A DNA stretch of 32,755 bases. It comes from Acidimicrobiia bacterium. Lineage in GTDB: Bacteria > Actinomycetota > Acidimicrobiia > Spongiisociales > ZC4RG35. The stretch's first letter is position 1. Every line of letters starts with the position of its first letter. A program made the translations under genes and the position numbers. Below the pieces are notes generated by a model that was not told the origin of the DNA, did no database searches, and saw only the letters and a program-made list of their open reading frames with translations. Positions 32,386 through 32,755 of the stretch are shown here, piece after piece. The stretch covers positions 1 to 32,755 of the forward strand of contig JBFGRR010000001.1 of assembly GCA_041567215.1 (NCBI GenBank), in the 5' to 3' direction.

Positions 32386-32755
32386 GGGGCAGGAGGTTCA
32401 TACTCGAATGCGCCCACATCGCATCTCGATCCCTGAGGGCGAGCAATCCCACGCTGGTCGGTAGCCGGGCAGGCGTCTGCGCCCGCGGTGTCGATCGCCA
32501 GGCTGCCGGCGAGCAATGCGTGCGTCGCCGTTGGCCCACCGTTGTCGGCCAGCGGTCCTATCAGGGCATCCCAGACGATCTGGTCGCTGGAGACGCGATT
32601 GCAGCTGTCATCCTGGACGACGTTGTGTCCTGCCGACACGACATTGCCCACGGTGCCCGAGTCGAACCTCTCGCAGGCGTACCTCTGGTTCCCGGTGATG
32701 ATCGTGTCTCTCAGGGTGAGCGTCGGAACGAAGCCGCCACCAAACTGGCCGATGA
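32382..32755 (-). CDS. C-terminal part of a beta-helix / choice-of-anchor-Q-like domain protein (5' end beyond the window)
   Basis: The frame is open from the right edge, by hand translation: ..[51 protein letters not shown]... It ends [60 protein letters not shown]. The [18 protein letters not shown]......C..DQRG..RP....CD.GAFE pattern is the choice-of-anchor Q motif, recalled from memory. Confidence 0.65.
   Translation of the reverse strand, partial: IGQFGGGFVPTLTLRDTIITGNQRYACERFDSGTVGNVVSAGHNVVQDDSCNRVSSDQIVWDALIGPLADNGGPTATHALLAGSLAIDTAGADACPATDQRGIARPQGSRCDVGAFEYEPPAP

Noticed and set aside
1-32755. A search by eye for CRISPR arrays, tRNA/rRNA genes, IS elements, integrases, toxin-antitoxin pairs or defence-system hallmarks (nucleases, large ATPases other than HrpA).
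   Set aside because: I saw no spaced identical repeats, no cloverleaf-like GC-poor segments, and no transposase, recombinase or phage-like translations. Intergenic space is minimal. HrpA looks like the housekeeping DEAH helicase, not a defence-associated helicase with partner genes.

Overview
Visibly high-GC (not computed) bacterial chromosomal window. It is almost entirely coding: I call 27 genes, 25 of them on the minus strand, and many are joined by 1-, 4- or 8-nt stop/start overlaps. I found no rRNA, tRNA, CRISPR array, transposase, integrase or phage genes.

Gene order, left to right in window coordinates:
1. A 3'-truncated diheme c-type cytochrome that is absent from the supplied ORF track, an Rrf2-family regulator, and two NNP-family nitrate/nitrite MFS transporters. 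These look like one minus-strand unit driven from the only AT-rich island in the window (about 3800-3870).
2. A YwiC-like membrane protein, a YbaN/DUF454 membrane protein, the DEAH helicase HrpA, and a DHA1-type MFS transporter.
3. A complete colinear heme pathway: hemH-hemF, a 73-nt gap, then hemA-hemC-hemD-hemB-hemL-hemE-hemN-hemY. The MFS gene is joined to hemY by an ATGA overlap.
4. A small lipoprotein (plus strand), a pirin and a flavin-reductase-domain protein.
5. A monocistronic gene with a strong SD and its own hairpin terminator. It encodes a 273-aa proline-free protein made of 23 back-to-back 11-residue repeats. It is divergently paired with a LuxR/GerE regulator that has a degenerate receiver domain and repeated GGCAG-N4-CTGCC palindromes upstream.
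6. A translationally coupled glycan operon: the C-terminus of a choice-of-anchor-Q-like beta-helix protein, a GH3 lipoprotein, an uncharacterised 1114-aa protein, and a GH3 with a PA14-like insert.

Most novel candidates:
- the hendecad-repeat protein with its regulator;
- the 1114-aa unknown protein inside the GH3 operon;
- the heme supercluster, which carries both HemF and HemN and has no ChdC in the window.

Many long ORFs in the supplied track are antisense shadows or 5' over-extensions. I re-derived start codons by hand from the sequence. All family assignments come from recognising motifs in the translations; no database search was possible.
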